47,136 bases of DNA, taken from contig NZ_JBOICG010000432.1 in the NCBI RefSeq assembly GCF_050739995.1, forward strand, positions 1 through 47,136, given 5' to 3'. The position numbers and the translations under genes were made by a program. Below are positions 32,574 through 41,577 of the stretch, in pieces. Source of the stretch: Pseudomonas sp. Lineage in GTDB: Bacteria; Pseudomonadota; Gammaproteobacteria; Pseudomonadales; Pseudomonadaceae. Position 1 is the stretch's first letter, and every line of letters starts with the position of its first letter. The notes beneath the pieces are model-generated. The model had not been told where the DNA came from. It saw nothing but the letters and a program-made list of their open reading frames with translations, and ran no database searches.

Positions 32574-33476
32574 CTACGGCCCGAACCGCACCAGCATGCG
32601 TTGACCCACCCGCAGTGACTCCGGCGGTGGTTGATCGAAAGCCAATATGCATTCAACTGTGCGCATGTTGGCCCTGACCAATGCATCCTCTTCAAGGGTG
32701 CTGTTGCCCAATACCGAGCTGATGCGCACAACGTGGCCCGACAGAGGGGCTGAACCATTGCCGCTGTCATCCGTAATTTCGGCCTTCATTCCAGGGAGTA
32801 CCGCGCCGGTGAACGACTCATTCAGCTCGGCCCGCACGATACGTGCCTGGTTCGGCAGCAAGACAAAGGCCGGCCCGGACTGTGAAGAGACCATGGCGCC
32901 AGGTTGGATCAGGCGACGGACCACCTCGGCGTCTATCGGCGCACGCAGGCTGCGCTTCGCCAGTTCGTAGCGTGCAGCCGTCAGTTTTCTCGCTGCAACG
33001 TCGGCCTCTCCTTTATTTCTTTCAATATCGTCGCGTAACCGTTCGGCGATTTCATGAGCCTCATCGGCACTTTGCCTGTCGCCTGCGCCCGCGGTGGCTG
33101 CCGTTGTCAGGCGACTGGCCTTCTGCTCGGCAAACTTAAGCTGTCTTGCGAGTTGTTTGGCTTGAACCAGAACCTGTTGTTGCTCGGTCTGTGCGGCGCT
33201 GACGGCCAGCTGCGCCAGTTCGCTGTCCAGGGTGGCGAGCAGTTGGCCCTTTTTGACATGCTCGCCTTCACTGACTTTGATCTCGGCAACGACGCCGTCG
33301 CGAGTGACGCCGAGCTTGAGCAAGCCGCCTTCCACATCAATACGGCCGCGAGCCACCGCCAGGTAAGTCGGGGTCGATGCCGCCGGCTTCGAAGGTGGAT
33401 CTTCACGGGAGCAGCCGGTCAGCAGCAAAAGTGCGGTACTTAGAACCAGCCATGGGCGAAGCGAACGCGCGTTCAT
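32574..33476 (-). CDS. HlyD-family periplasmic adaptor (lipoprotein)
   Basis: Lipobox LLLTGC, VSEGEHVKKGQLL, LRAPIDAEV, LRVGQRMLVRF; ATG at 33476 overlaps the ATPase stop. Confidence 0.88.
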   Translation of the reverse strand: MNARSLRPWLVLSTALLLLTGCSREDPPSKPAASTPTYLAVARGRIDVEGGLLKLGVTRDGVVAEIKVSEGEHVKKGQLLATLDSELAQLAVSAAQTEQQQVLVQAKQLARQLKFAEQKASRLTTAATAGAGDRQSADEAHEIAERLRDDIERNKGEADVAARKLTAARYELAKRSLRAPIDAEVVRRLIQPGAMVSSQSGPAFVLLPNQARIVRAELNESFTGAVLPGMKAEITDDSGNGSAPLSGHVVRISSVLGNSTLEEDALVRANMRTVECILAFDQPPPESLRVGQRMLVRFGP

Positions 33477-34225
33477 ACGGAGTGTTCCTGGGCTCCGGCC
33501 GCAGTGGCCGGTTGGAAGGGGATGGGGTGATCGCTCAAGATGCGGCCGTCTTCTATGGTCAATACCCGGTCGGAGTTGCTGATCAGGCGGGGGTCGTGAC
33601 TGACACACAGCACCGTGGTCCCACGCGTGCGTGCGATCCTGTGCAAAATGTCGATCACGATTTGGCCGTTAGCGGCATCGAGGGCACTGGTGGGTTCGTC
33701 AGCGAATAACAACTGGGGGGCCTTGGCCACGGCGCGGGCAATGGCGACGCGCTGTTTTTCGCCGCCGGATAACTCGGCCGGGCGCAGTTTCATGCGTGGG
33801 CCCAGCCCGACGTCTTCCAGGGCTTCGATGGCGCGTTGTCGTATTTGCCTTGCCGGTAGCCCGAGGTAGCTCAACGGCAACTCGACCTGTTGCAGCGCAG
33901 TCAAGGCTGGAAACAGGTTGAAGCCTTGGAATACGAAGCCGGTGTGCTGCAGGCGAAAGTGTTCCAGCGCCCGAGTATCCAGGCTTGCCAGGTCTTGCCC
34001 AAGCGCTGTCGCGCTTCCCTGGTCCGGCCGCTGCAAGCCGCTGAGAATGGCCAACAGTGTACTTTTACCGCAGCCGGACGGACCTGAGATCAGGGTGAGT
34101 TCGCCGGGATGTATCGTCAGGCTAATATCATGCAGCACGGGGGTTACGACTCGACCTGAGGTAAACGATTTGCTGATACCGCTGGCTTGAAGCGTGACGG
34201 GTGTGGCTGAAGTCAGGAGGCTCAT
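33473..34225 (-). CDS. ABC transporter ATP-binding protein (LolD/MacB/DevA-like)
   Basis: Walker A GPSGCGKST, GFVFQGFNL, LSGGEKQRVAIARA, FADEPTSALD, SHD. Confidence 0.94.
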   Translation of the reverse strand: MSLLTSATPVTLQASGISKSFTSGRVVTPVLHDISLTIHPGELTLISGPSGCGKSTLLAILSGLQRPDQGSATALGQDLASLDTRALEHFRLQHTGFVFQGFNLFPALTALQQVELPLSYLGLPARQIRQRAIEALEDVGLGPRMKLRPAELSGGEKQRVAIARAVAKAPQLLFADEPTSALDAANGQIVIDILHRIARTRGTTVLCVSHDPRLISNSDRVLTIEDGRILSDHPIPFQPATAAGAQEHSV

Positions 34226-34232
34226 GGGCGGT

Positions 34233-35363
34233 CTATCTCAAAAGGCTTGCCGGGTCGGCGTGGCGTAAGGTACGGATGGCCGCCAGGCCCGACACAAGTG
34301 CCAGGATCATGCTCAGGAACAGGCAAGCCAGGGCCGCGACGGGCGAGAGTTCCACCGGCACGTTGTAGTGCCCCGCCAGTACGAAGAAGAGGCCGGCCAG
34401 GACCGAACTGCCAAGCAGCCCCAGTGCCCCGACCCAGAACGCCTGCTCCATCACCACTTTGCGCAAGGCATTCACGCCGACGCCAAGGGCGTTCAAGGTT
34501 GCGTATTCGCGGATTGAACCCACGATGGCGGCGACCAGCGTCTGACTGGTAATCACGGCGCCCACCAGGAAGACAATCGCCGCCAGAAATAGCACGCCGG
34601 CGCCTGCACCCGTGTCGAACATCCAATACATCTGCGAGCGCTGGGCGAACTCTTTTGCTGTCCATACGGCGTAGCTGCCGAACGCGGAACTGGTGCCCAG
34701 GCGCGTGGCAACCGCATCCGCCTGGGCGGGATCGCGCAGCTTCGCCACCAGGTAGGTAATGCCGTCAGTCGTGGCCGTGGTGTCGAGTTGCCGAGCGGTG
34801 GACAGTGACGCCAGCACATTCACCCCGCCCAGCGCACGCAAGCCGCTGGTGACGCCGACCACGCGGACACGATGACCGTTGATGGTCGCGGTATCCCCCA
34901 GGTTGACGCCCAGGCTGTCCAGGTCGGCCCGATCAACGATCACCGCACCGGGTTCGTCCAGGCGGGCACGCAGCTCCGGCGCCAGTACGCGACCAAACAT
35001 CATGCCGTGTGGCCCGGCATCGATACCGGAGACAAAGACCGACACACCACCGGTGTCTCGTGTACCGCGCCAGTCGGCGTCTACCCAGCGGTACGATTCC
35101 ACCTTGAGTATGTCGGCATCCATGCGCAAGCGCATTTCTACCCCGGGGTCGATCGGCCTCCCGAGGTTGACACTTTGGGTGCCGGGATAGCCGACCCAAA
35201 GGTCAGCCGTAGAACCGGTGATATAGAGGCTGGCACTGCCGAAGATCCCCAGTACCAGGGCGGCCTGCAGCAACTGCAGCAAACCTGCGAAACCCACCGC
35301 AATCATCGCGGGTAGGAAGCGGCGCCACTCATGGATCAGTGTCAGGCGGGCAAGCGCTACCAT
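34233..35363 (-). CDS. ABC permease, FtsX/MacB/DevC-like
   Basis: One TM, periplasmic domain, then three TMs; REYATLNALG coupling helix; C-terminal ADPASLLR. Confidence 0.9.
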   Translation of the reverse strand: MVALARLTLIHEWRRFLPAMIAVGFAGLLQLLQAALVLGIFGSASLYITGSTADLWVGYPGTQSVNLGRPIDPGVEMRLRMDADILKVESYRWVDADWRGTRDTGGVSVFVSGIDAGPHGMMFGRVLAPELRARLDEPGAVIVDRADLDSLGVNLGDTATINGHRVRVVGVTSGLRALGGVNVLASLSTARQLDTTATTDGITYLVAKLRDPAQADAVATRLGTSSAFGSYAVWTAKEFAQRSQMYWMFDTGAGAGVLFLAAIVFLVGAVITSQTLVAAIVGSIREYATLNALGVGVNALRKVVMEQAFWVGALGLLGSSVLAGLFFVLAGHYNVPVELSPVAALACLFLSMILALVSGLAAIRTLRHADPASLLR

Positions 35364-36784
35364 CAGTCAGCATCCTTCAACGTCGTCGCCGGCAATGGCG
35401 CTCCGCCGAGCGCCTTGTAGAGCGCTATATAGGCGATACCTCGTTCAGTACTCGCGCTGTCGGCCTGTTGCATGGCATGCAGCGCTTCCACCCGGGCAGT
35501 CGCCAGATCCAGTGTGCTCATCAGCCCCAGGGTAGCCCGCTGTTGCAACGCATCCAGACGGGTTTGCGTCTCGGCATAGACCTGGCGGGACGCTTGCTCG
35601 CGTAGACGCATTTGCTCGAGATCACCCATGGCGATTTCGGCTTCTGCGACGCCTTGCAAGACGGCCTGCCGATAAGCCAGGACCGCCGCTTGCATCTGGT
35701 GGTCCTTGGCTTGCGCAGTCGCGGCACGTTGGCCCCAGTCGAGCAATGGGATATTAATCCCAGGTCCAGCCGAGAAAATGCTGTTGCCGCTCGGTGTGTG
35801 CTTGCGATTGCTGGCAATGTTCAGCGACCACTGCAACGAGGCGCCCAAGCTGAGGTGCGGGTACATATCGGCCCGGCTCATCCCCAGTTCCCCGGCGGCC
35901 ATCAAGACCTCGGCTTCAGCGCTGGCAATTTCCGGACGCGTGCGCAAAAGGTCCGCCGGTACACCGTTGAGTTGCCATTGGCCAAGCGTGGGTGGCGGGC
36001 CGGGCTGCAGCCAGAGAGCGTCGGGCTCAGGTTTGCCGGACAGTAGCGCCAACTGTTGTGCGTTGCGGTTAATCAGTTGTCGCGGCCCGGTCAGCATCAT
36101 CTCGGCACGCGCCAGATCAGCCTGCGCGCCAACCACGTCAGAGTGTGGCGCCAGTGCGAGCTGTTCGCGCACCTGCAACAGCTGCAGTTTTTCACGCTGA
36201 GTGTCACGGATGGCCGTCAGCGCACGTTCTGCCTGCTGCGCCGAACGCAGTTCAATCCAATGCCGTGTGACCTCCGCGACCAATGAGACCTGGATGCTGC
36301 GCAAGTCGGCTTGTACCAATGCTTCGTTGCCCTGGGCCAGGCGATCGGCGCTTTGCTTGGCCCCAAACAATGGAAGCTCCCACTGCGAGTCGAAGCCGAT
36401 CAGGAAGTACGAAGTGCTGGTGTCAGGGCTTATGGCATCGTGGGTCTTTATCGCCAGCGAGGGTAAATAGGGGGACTGTGAATGTTGGGTCAGTACACGC
36501 GTGGCACGCAGGCGCTCGATTGCTGCTGCGACATTCAGATTGTTTTGCAAGGCCCGATCCACCAGGGCATCGAGTTCGGGGTCATTGAATGCACGCCACC
36601 ACTGAGTCAGGTCAGGTTTGAGCGGCGACAGAGGAGACGACGCGTTACGCCATGCCTCTGGCGTGGGTGGCTTTAACGCCGGCAAAGGAGCTACTGAACA
36701 GCCAGTCACTGCTACCAACACCAGTGATAGTGTGCAAAGCGTGCGGCAAGAGCGCGATCTGTTAAAAGGCTTGATAGGGTTCAC
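35363..36784 (-). CDS. TolC/NodT-family outer-membrane efflux lipoprotein
   Basis: VAVTGC lipobox, WWRAFNDPELD, WELPLFG, LLRTRPEI, LYKALGG; start (GTG 36784) uncertain because the RBS is weak. Confidence 0.88.
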   Translation of the reverse strand: MNPIKPFNRSRSCRTLCTLSLVLVAVTGCSVAPLPALKPPTPEAWRNASSPLSPLKPDLTQWWRAFNDPELDALVDRALQNNLNVAAAIERLRATRVLTQHSQSPYLPSLAIKTHDAISPDTSTSYFLIGFDSQWELPLFGAKQSADRLAQGNEALVQADLRSIQVSLVAEVTRHWIELRSAQQAERALTAIRDTQREKLQLLQVREQLALAPHSDVVGAQADLARAEMMLTGPRQLINRNAQQLALLSGKPEPDALWLQPGPPPTLGQWQLNGVPADLLRTRPEIASAEAEVLMAAGELGMSRADMYPHLSLGASLQWSLNIASNRKHTPSGNSIFSAGPGINIPLLDWGQRAATAQAKDHQMQAAVLAYRQAVLQGVAEAEIAMGDLEQMRLREQASRQVYAETQTRLDALQQRATLGLMSTLDLATARVEALHAMQQADSASTERGIAYIALYKALGGAPLPATTLKDAD

Positions 36785-36982
36785 CCAAGAGAGACCAGGA
36801 CTGCTTTAGTCGAGCTGTGCAGACTGTAATCAATGATAAACGGGATAGGGGCGAGGTGATTGTTTGTAACTTCGAGTGTGCAATCAGGGCGCCACTTTAC
36901 GCGTGGCCCCCGTTCAGTTCTGTAGCGAAATTGTATTGAAGCGTAATGAATGCCTTGTAGAGGCTTAGGATATTTGTCTGAT

Positions 36983-37384
36983 TCAAGCCTTGATAAAGGT
37001 TTCATGCAGGTGACGCCATAGCAGTACACCGCTGGCCTGTTTTTCGAACACCACCGTGGCCCGCCGATCTGTCTGGGTGCCGCTGTCATCCACCTGATGC
37101 TCGCGGTAGGTCACGGTTGCCCCGCGAGCATGCCGGTCAATACCGGCCATCTCGCTCAAGGTGATCTTCAGCCCAGGACGCATACCGCCCAGACGGGTGA
37201 ATAGGGCATTGACCCCGGCTGCATTCACCCGTGTGCCGGTTGAAGGCGCGACCATGCTGAACTCCGGGGAGAAGCGCGCGAGCAGGCTTTGCAAGGTGCC
37301 TTCAGGCGCGACTCCGGCAAACCATTGCTCGATTTCGACGTGGGTCTGGATCACTTCTTCAAAAAAGTCGCTGTAATCAATCAT
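36983..37384 (-). CDS. NTF2-like/DUF4440-type small protein
   Basis: HVEIEQWF, FSPEFSMV, YREHQ, RRATVVF, LLWRHLHET; ATG at 37384 overlaps the MFS stop (ATGA). Confidence 0.78.
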   Translation of the reverse strand: MIDYSDFFEEVIQTHVEIEQWFAGVAPEGTLQSLLARFSPEFSMVAPSTGTRVNAAGVNALFTRLGGMRPGLKITLSEMAGIDRHARGATVTYREHQVDDSGTQTDRRATVVFEKQASGVLLWRHLHETFIKA

Positions 37385-38565
37385 CGGTGAGGCTCGCTGG
37401 CAGGGTGAAGCAGTGTGCGTACTCTGGATGTATCCAGGCGCAGCACTGCAAAAAGAGGCAGCAGGGTCATGGCTGCCGCCATCGTGAAGGTAATGGCGAA
37501 GGAATCCAAGGTCGACAACAGCGCACTCATCGCCGCGGCGCCCAGACAGAAGCTTAACTGTCGATTGATGTTCCACAAGGCGCTGGCGTGGCCCATACGT
37601 TCGGCGGGGATATCCAGAAAGGCCAGGGTCTGTGCGGTGCTGCTGCACAAGCTACCGCCCAAGCCCATCAAAAGGTAGGCAGGAATGATCAGGGCTGGCC
37701 CATTGAGCAACAGGATGCCGATGCATTGCAGTGCCATGCCCGCCAGCAATAACGGCTTCGGGCCGCAGCGGTTGAACAGCTTTTTGCTGAGGTAAATGGC
37801 CAGTGCCGAGGCCAGCGCCCACGGCAACATCAGCGCGCCGGTTCGCGTTGCGTCATAGCCCAGGCCGCGCAGATAAAGGATGGCGATCAGGCTGGTGCCA
37901 ATAAATATGCCGGGGATGCACAGGTACACCAGCATTGCCACGCGCAACATGGGGCTACGGGCCTGCTTGAAAATGCTGAGCAGGTCCAGAGGCGGGCGGA
38001 CGCTCGCAGGTGCGTCCGGTTTTATCCACTGCAGCGCCAGCAGTAGGGTGATCAACGCCAGCGGCAGGTTGGCGTAGAAAATCCAGCGCCACGACACACT
38101 GTCGACGATCAGCCCGCCCAATGCCGGGGACAGCGCCGGCACCAGTAGGGCTACCGACATGACCCGAGCGGTGAGCTGACTACGTTCTGCGGGTGGAAAG
38201 TGTCGGTAAGCCAACGCCTGCCCCACCGGGATCAGCAGGCCGCCGCCCAAGCCCTGCAGCAAGCGCCAAGCGATCAGCGCTTCAATGGAACCTGCCTGGC
38301 CCACCATCACCGAGGCCCCGGCGAACAGCAGCAGGCTGGCAGCAATCAAGTTACGTTCTCCCAACAGGGCTGCCAGCCAGACACTGAATGGAATGATCAC
38401 GGTCAGGCCGAGCATGTAGGCGTTACTGATCCACGCCAGTTGCGTCACCGAGGCCTGCAATTGTTGGGCGATATCCGGGTAGGCGACCGTGGCGACAAAC
38501 ATGTTCACCAGGTCCAGGGCAAAGCCCAGCAAAAAGATCCAGGCGACTTTCGAGCGGTAGGTCAT
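37381..38565 (-). CDS. MFS drug/metabolite efflux transporter (EmrB/QacA-related, short)
   Basis: WRLLQGLGGG, PALGGLIVD..SWRWIFYANLP motifs; multiple TMs. Confidence 0.88.
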   Translation of the reverse strand: MTYRSKVAWIFLLGFALDLVNMFVATVAYPDIAQQLQASVTQLAWISNAYMLGLTVIIPFSVWLAALLGERNLIAASLLLFAGASVMVGQAGSIEALIAWRLLQGLGGGLLIPVGQALAYRHFPPAERSQLTARVMSVALLVPALSPALGGLIVDSVSWRWIFYANLPLALITLLLALQWIKPDAPASVRPPLDLLSIFKQARSPMLRVAMLVYLCIPGIFIGTSLIAILYLRGLGYDATRTGALMLPWALASALAIYLSKKLFNRCGPKPLLLAGMALQCIGILLLNGPALIIPAYLLMGLGGSLCSSTAQTLAFLDIPAERMGHASALWNINRQLSFCLGAAAMSALLSTLDSFAITFTMAAAMTLLPLFAVLRLDTSRVRTLLHPASEPHR

Positions 38566-38639
38566 GGACGCGATCCTGCGAGTGAAGCGGGCAGGGTAAG
38601 GGTGATGTCATGTTTGGGATACGCCGGTTTGCCTGTTAG

Positions 38640-38662
38640 TTTGTCAAAAATATTTTGACAAA
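38640..38662. promoter_or_regulatory. Palindromic operator between the divergent MFS and LysR genes
   Basis: TTTGTCAAAA-ATA-TTTTGACAAA perfect 10-bp arms abutting the LysR RBS (AAGGAG). Confidence 0.7.
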
Positions 38663-38676
38663 GGAGTACCTGGCCC

Positions 38677-39534
38677 ATGGTCAGCCTGGATCGATTCGAC
38701 ACTTTCAAAGCCGTGGTCGAGGCCGGCTCACTCACTGGCGCAGCCGATCTGCTGGGCCAGACCCGCGCCGTGGTCAGCTTTAACCTCAAGCGCCTGGAGG
38801 CCGAGCTGGGCGTCACGCTGCTGACCCGCAATACCCGCCAACTGGCGCTGACCGATGCTGGGGAGCGCTTCTACCTGCGTTGCACGAGGATGTTGGACGA
38901 AGCGCGATTGGCGGTGGAAGAAGCCCGTTCGGAGCATGCCCAGCTCAAGGGCACGTTGCGCATCACCACCACCGTGGAATATGCGCTGGCGGTGGTTGCC
39001 CCGGCAGTGGAAGCCTTCCGCCGCTTGCACCCGGACCTGAATATCCATTTATCCACATCCTCCACCCACGCTGATCTGATTTCAGAGCGCTTTGACGTGG
39101 CGATTCGATTGGGGCGCCTGCTGGATTCCAGCCACCGCGCGGTACAGTTGTCGACATTCGAGGTGTTCGCGGTGGCCGCCCCGGTGTTTGTCGGCGCTCA
39201 TACGCTGGATGAGTTGGAGCAGTTGCCCAAGCTGGGCCATGGCCGACTGACCGAGTTGAGCCTGACTGATCCGTCAGGTGGCGAGCATCAATATCGGCCA
39301 GGGAATTCTTCACTGATGGCTGACAGTGCCGCCGTCCTTCAAGCATTTGCCGTACGCGGCCATGGTGTAGCGGTACTGCCGCAATGGCTGGTGCAGGATG
39401 ATCTGGACGCCGGAAGGCTGGTGCGGCTGGTGCCGGACCATCGCTTCGCCCCACAAGGGGTTTATGCGATGTATCCGGATACGCGGCATTTGCCGATGAA
39501 GGTGCGGGCGTTTATTGATTTTATGAAAAGTTAG
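38677..39534 (+). CDS. LysR-family transcriptional regulator
   Basis: FKAVVEAGSLTGAA..LKRLEAELGVTLLTRNTRQLALTDAG; FDVAIR; KVRAFIDF. Confidence 0.93.
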   Translation: MVSLDRFDTFKAVVEAGSLTGAADLLGQTRAVVSFNLKRLEAELGVTLLTRNTRQLALTDAGERFYLRCTRMLDEARLAVEEARSEHAQLKGTLRITTTVEYALAVVAPAVEAFRRLHPDLNIHLSTSSTHADLISERFDVAIRLGRLLDSSHRAVQLSTFEVFAVAAPVFVGAHTLDELEQLPKLGHGRLTELSLTDPSGGEHQYRPGNSSLMADSAAVLQAFAVRGHGVAVLPQWLVQDDLDAGRLVRLVPDHRFAPQGVYAMYPDTRHLPMKVRAFIDFMKS

Positions 39535-40343
39535 AGCGATTTCGTCAGCCCGAAGCGTTTCATCAAGACTTTCTCCAGCAGCCTTTTGGGCAGGAGTGCG
39601 GCCATCAACGGCAACGCCCGGCTACCATTGCCTGAACGCAACAGGCGCGGCGGCTCATTTTTTTGCACGGCGTTGAGTACCTCTGCCGCAAACACGTTGG
39701 CCGGGGTCGGTTTGTCCTGGGAAGCCTGGCTGCGCGCCCGGATGCCATCCCGCAGCGGCCACCACGGCGATTGTTCGTTGATCAACAGTTCAGCCTGGGC
39801 GCCGGCGTTTTTGGCAAAGCTCGTGTCGATCGCCCCCGGTTGGACTTCCATCACCCGCACCCCAAACGGCGCCAGTTCCATGCGCAGTGCATCGCTCAAG
39901 GCATGGACGGCGGCTTTCGAGGCGCAGTACGCGCCGGCAAACGGCGTGACCAGCACACCCGACACGCTGCCGATATTCACCACCAGGCCTTTGCTGCGGC
40001 GCAGGGCGGGGAACAGTGCCTGGGTCACGCCGACAATGGAGAACACGTTGGTTTCGAACTGGCGCTGCATCGCTTCGGTGCCGCCGTCGAGCAGCGGGCC
40101 CATGGCGCCGTAGCCGGCATTGTTGATCAGCACGTCCAGTTCATCCACATGGGTGGCCAAAGTTTGTAGGGCGGCGCTGTCGTTCACGTCCAGTAGTACG
40201 GCATGGAAACCGGCGTCGTTGAGGGCGATCACGTCTTCTTCGCGACGGGCGCTGGTCAGCACGTGATAACCGGCCGTTTTGAAGGCCTCGGCCAGGGCGC
40301 GACCGATGCCGCTGGAGCAACCGGTGATGAGTACGTTAGGCAT
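39531..40343 (-). CDS. Short-chain dehydrogenase/reductase
   Basis: TGCSSGIG, LINNAGYG, YCASK catalytic motif. Confidence 0.93.
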   Translation of the reverse strand: MPNVLITGCSSGIGRALAEAFKTAGYHVLTSARREEDVIALNDAGFHAVLLDVNDSAALQTLATHVDELDVLINNAGYGAMGPLLDGGTEAMQRQFETNVFSIVGVTQALFPALRRSKGLVVNIGSVSGVLVTPFAGAYCASKAAVHALSDALRMELAPFGVRVMEVQPGAIDTSFAKNAGAQAELLINEQSPWWPLRDGIRARSQASQDKPTPANVFAAEVLNAVQKNEPPRLLRSGNGSRALPLMAALLPKRLLEKVLMKRFGLTKSL

Positions 40344-40357
40344 GGGTCAATCCTTTG

Positions 40358-40822
40358 TCAGTCCGAGAAACTGCCTTGCAGGTGCTCGGCGCGAAATTCC
40401 AGGGTTTGTGGGCGGTAGCCGGGGCGCAGTGGTGGTGTGGGCAGGCAATCTTCCCAGGTTTCACCGGCCTGCAGTTCACCGGGGCCGCGATAGCGTGGCG
40501 CGGCGTAGACGTTGTCGGCCAGGTTGACCGTGTCGCCCGGTGCATAGGCCGCCACGCGCCAGCGCAGTTCGGTCAAGGGCACGTCATTGGTGTTCTTCAA
40601 GGTCAGCTTCAGCGGCCGGTCGGCCTGGCAGTCTTGTGGCGCATAGGTGATGCGCAGTTCCAGGCGTGCCAGCTGCGAGGCTTCACGGTTATCCAGCCAC
40701 ACCACCCAGATCGCCACGAAACCCAGGCCGACCGCAGCGGCCAACGACACGGGCAAGGCCTTGGCCGGGTAGCGCAGCAGCAGGACCAGCCAGGTGATGA
40801 TGAGCAGGACGCCGAAGAACAT
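40358..40822 (-). CDS. Membrane-anchored hypothetical protein (two N-terminal TMs)
   Basis: GAGG RBS, host-like codon usage, co-oriented with the SDR gene. Confidence 0.8.
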   Translation of the reverse strand: MFFGVLLIITWLVLLLRYPAKALPVSLAAAVGLGFVAIWVVWLDNREASQLARLELRITYAPQDCQADRPLKLTLKNTNDVPLTELRWRVAAYAPGDTVNLADNVYAAPRYRGPGELQAGETWEDCLPTPPLRPGYRPQTLEFRAEHLQGSFSD

Positions 40823-40906
40823 GATGACAACCTCATACGCAGATAAAACATCCTACTCGCGGGTTGGGCGTGATGCCTATCGCGGGGATCAGTTTTCGTT
40901 TACGAG

Positions 40907-40935
40907 GGAACCTGATAACTCATTTTTTCCACAGA
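40907..40935 (+). promoter_or_regulatory. hrp box (HrpL/RspL ECF-sigma promoter)
   Basis: GGAACC-TGATAACTCATTTTTT(16 nt)-CCACAGA, exact match to GGAACC-N16-CCACNNA, correctly oriented 66 nt upstream of ATG 41002. Confidence 0.85.
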
Positions 40936-41001
40936 GTCAGCATAGGGAAATGCGGATTATCCAGGAGGGTACTTACCTCGGTTACTTGAGTGAGACGAAC
41001 T

Positions 41002-41487
41002 ATGATTGCTTCAGCCCTTATTACACCGGTTGCCATCTCCGCAATTGGGTCAGTGGCCACCTCTCTCCTTACGCCTCAACCTGCGCCAGCGCGTAGCACT
41101 GCTGGAGCATCCAATCCAGCGACAGACCGCGACACCCATGTATCGCCTCGTATGCAAAATCAAAGGCTTACCAACCTGGGACAGACACTGCTGCAAGGGA
41201 CTTCTGCGCTTTTTCCCACCGCACTCTATAACCAGGGTACGGACACTGAGAAAGCGAAGGGAGCTGGTTATATGGTGGGCGGTGCCGCCGCAGAGGGTAT
41301 TGGGAAAAGACTTGGCTCGAGTGGCGGTATGTTCAGTAAAGTCCTGGGCGCCGCCATGGTCTATGGGGGCAGGACTGCCCAGGAATATGGCAAGGATAGA
41401 TTCGACAGCGCGGGTAGCACCACTAACAGTACCGGCAATTACAACGCCTACTCCCCCTCGAACTGGAGAGGCCAGAGCACGTCATAA
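41002..41487 (+). CDS. Hypothetical 161-aa protein, candidate type III-secreted effector/helper
   Basis: Behind the hrp box; 7 Ser and 6 Pro in the first 50 aa, first acidic residue at 42, no Cys, Gly-rich C-terminal half; alternative GTG start at 40990. Confidence 0.72.
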   Translation: MIASALITPVAISAIGSVATSLLTPQPAPARSTAGASNPATDRDTHVSPRMQNQRLTNLGQTLLQGTSALFPTALYNQGTDTEKAKGAGYMVGGAAAEGIGKRLGSSGGMFSKVLGAAMVYGGRTAQEYGKDRFDSAGSTTNSTGNYNAYSPSNWRGQSTS

Positions 41488-41504
41488 CAGGATGCGGTTC
41501 AAAT

Positions 41505-41561
41505 AAAAAAGCCCCCGCCCAACCGGCTGCGGATAGGGGACGCAGTCGGCTGGACGGGGGC
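41505..41561 (-). terminator. Long intrinsic terminator of the alg operon (may also serve the convergent ORF)
   Basis: 21-bp imperfect stem (41511-41531/41541-41561) with two G-U pairs and one mismatch on the minus strand, followed by 6 T. Confidence 0.85.
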
Positions 41562-41577
41562 TTCTTGTACGACAGCG

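Noticed and set aside
36781..37089. 102-aa ORF upstream of the TolC gene as a possible peptide cargo or RiPP precursor
   Set aside because: Overlaps the NTF2-like gene out of frame, has no RBS or leader motif, and no modification enzymes are nearby
41006..41506. Alternative 166-aa reading frame over the hrp-box gene
   Set aside because: TTG start without RBS and Arg/Pro/Trp/Cys-rich off-frame composition; the 41002 frame is more protein-like
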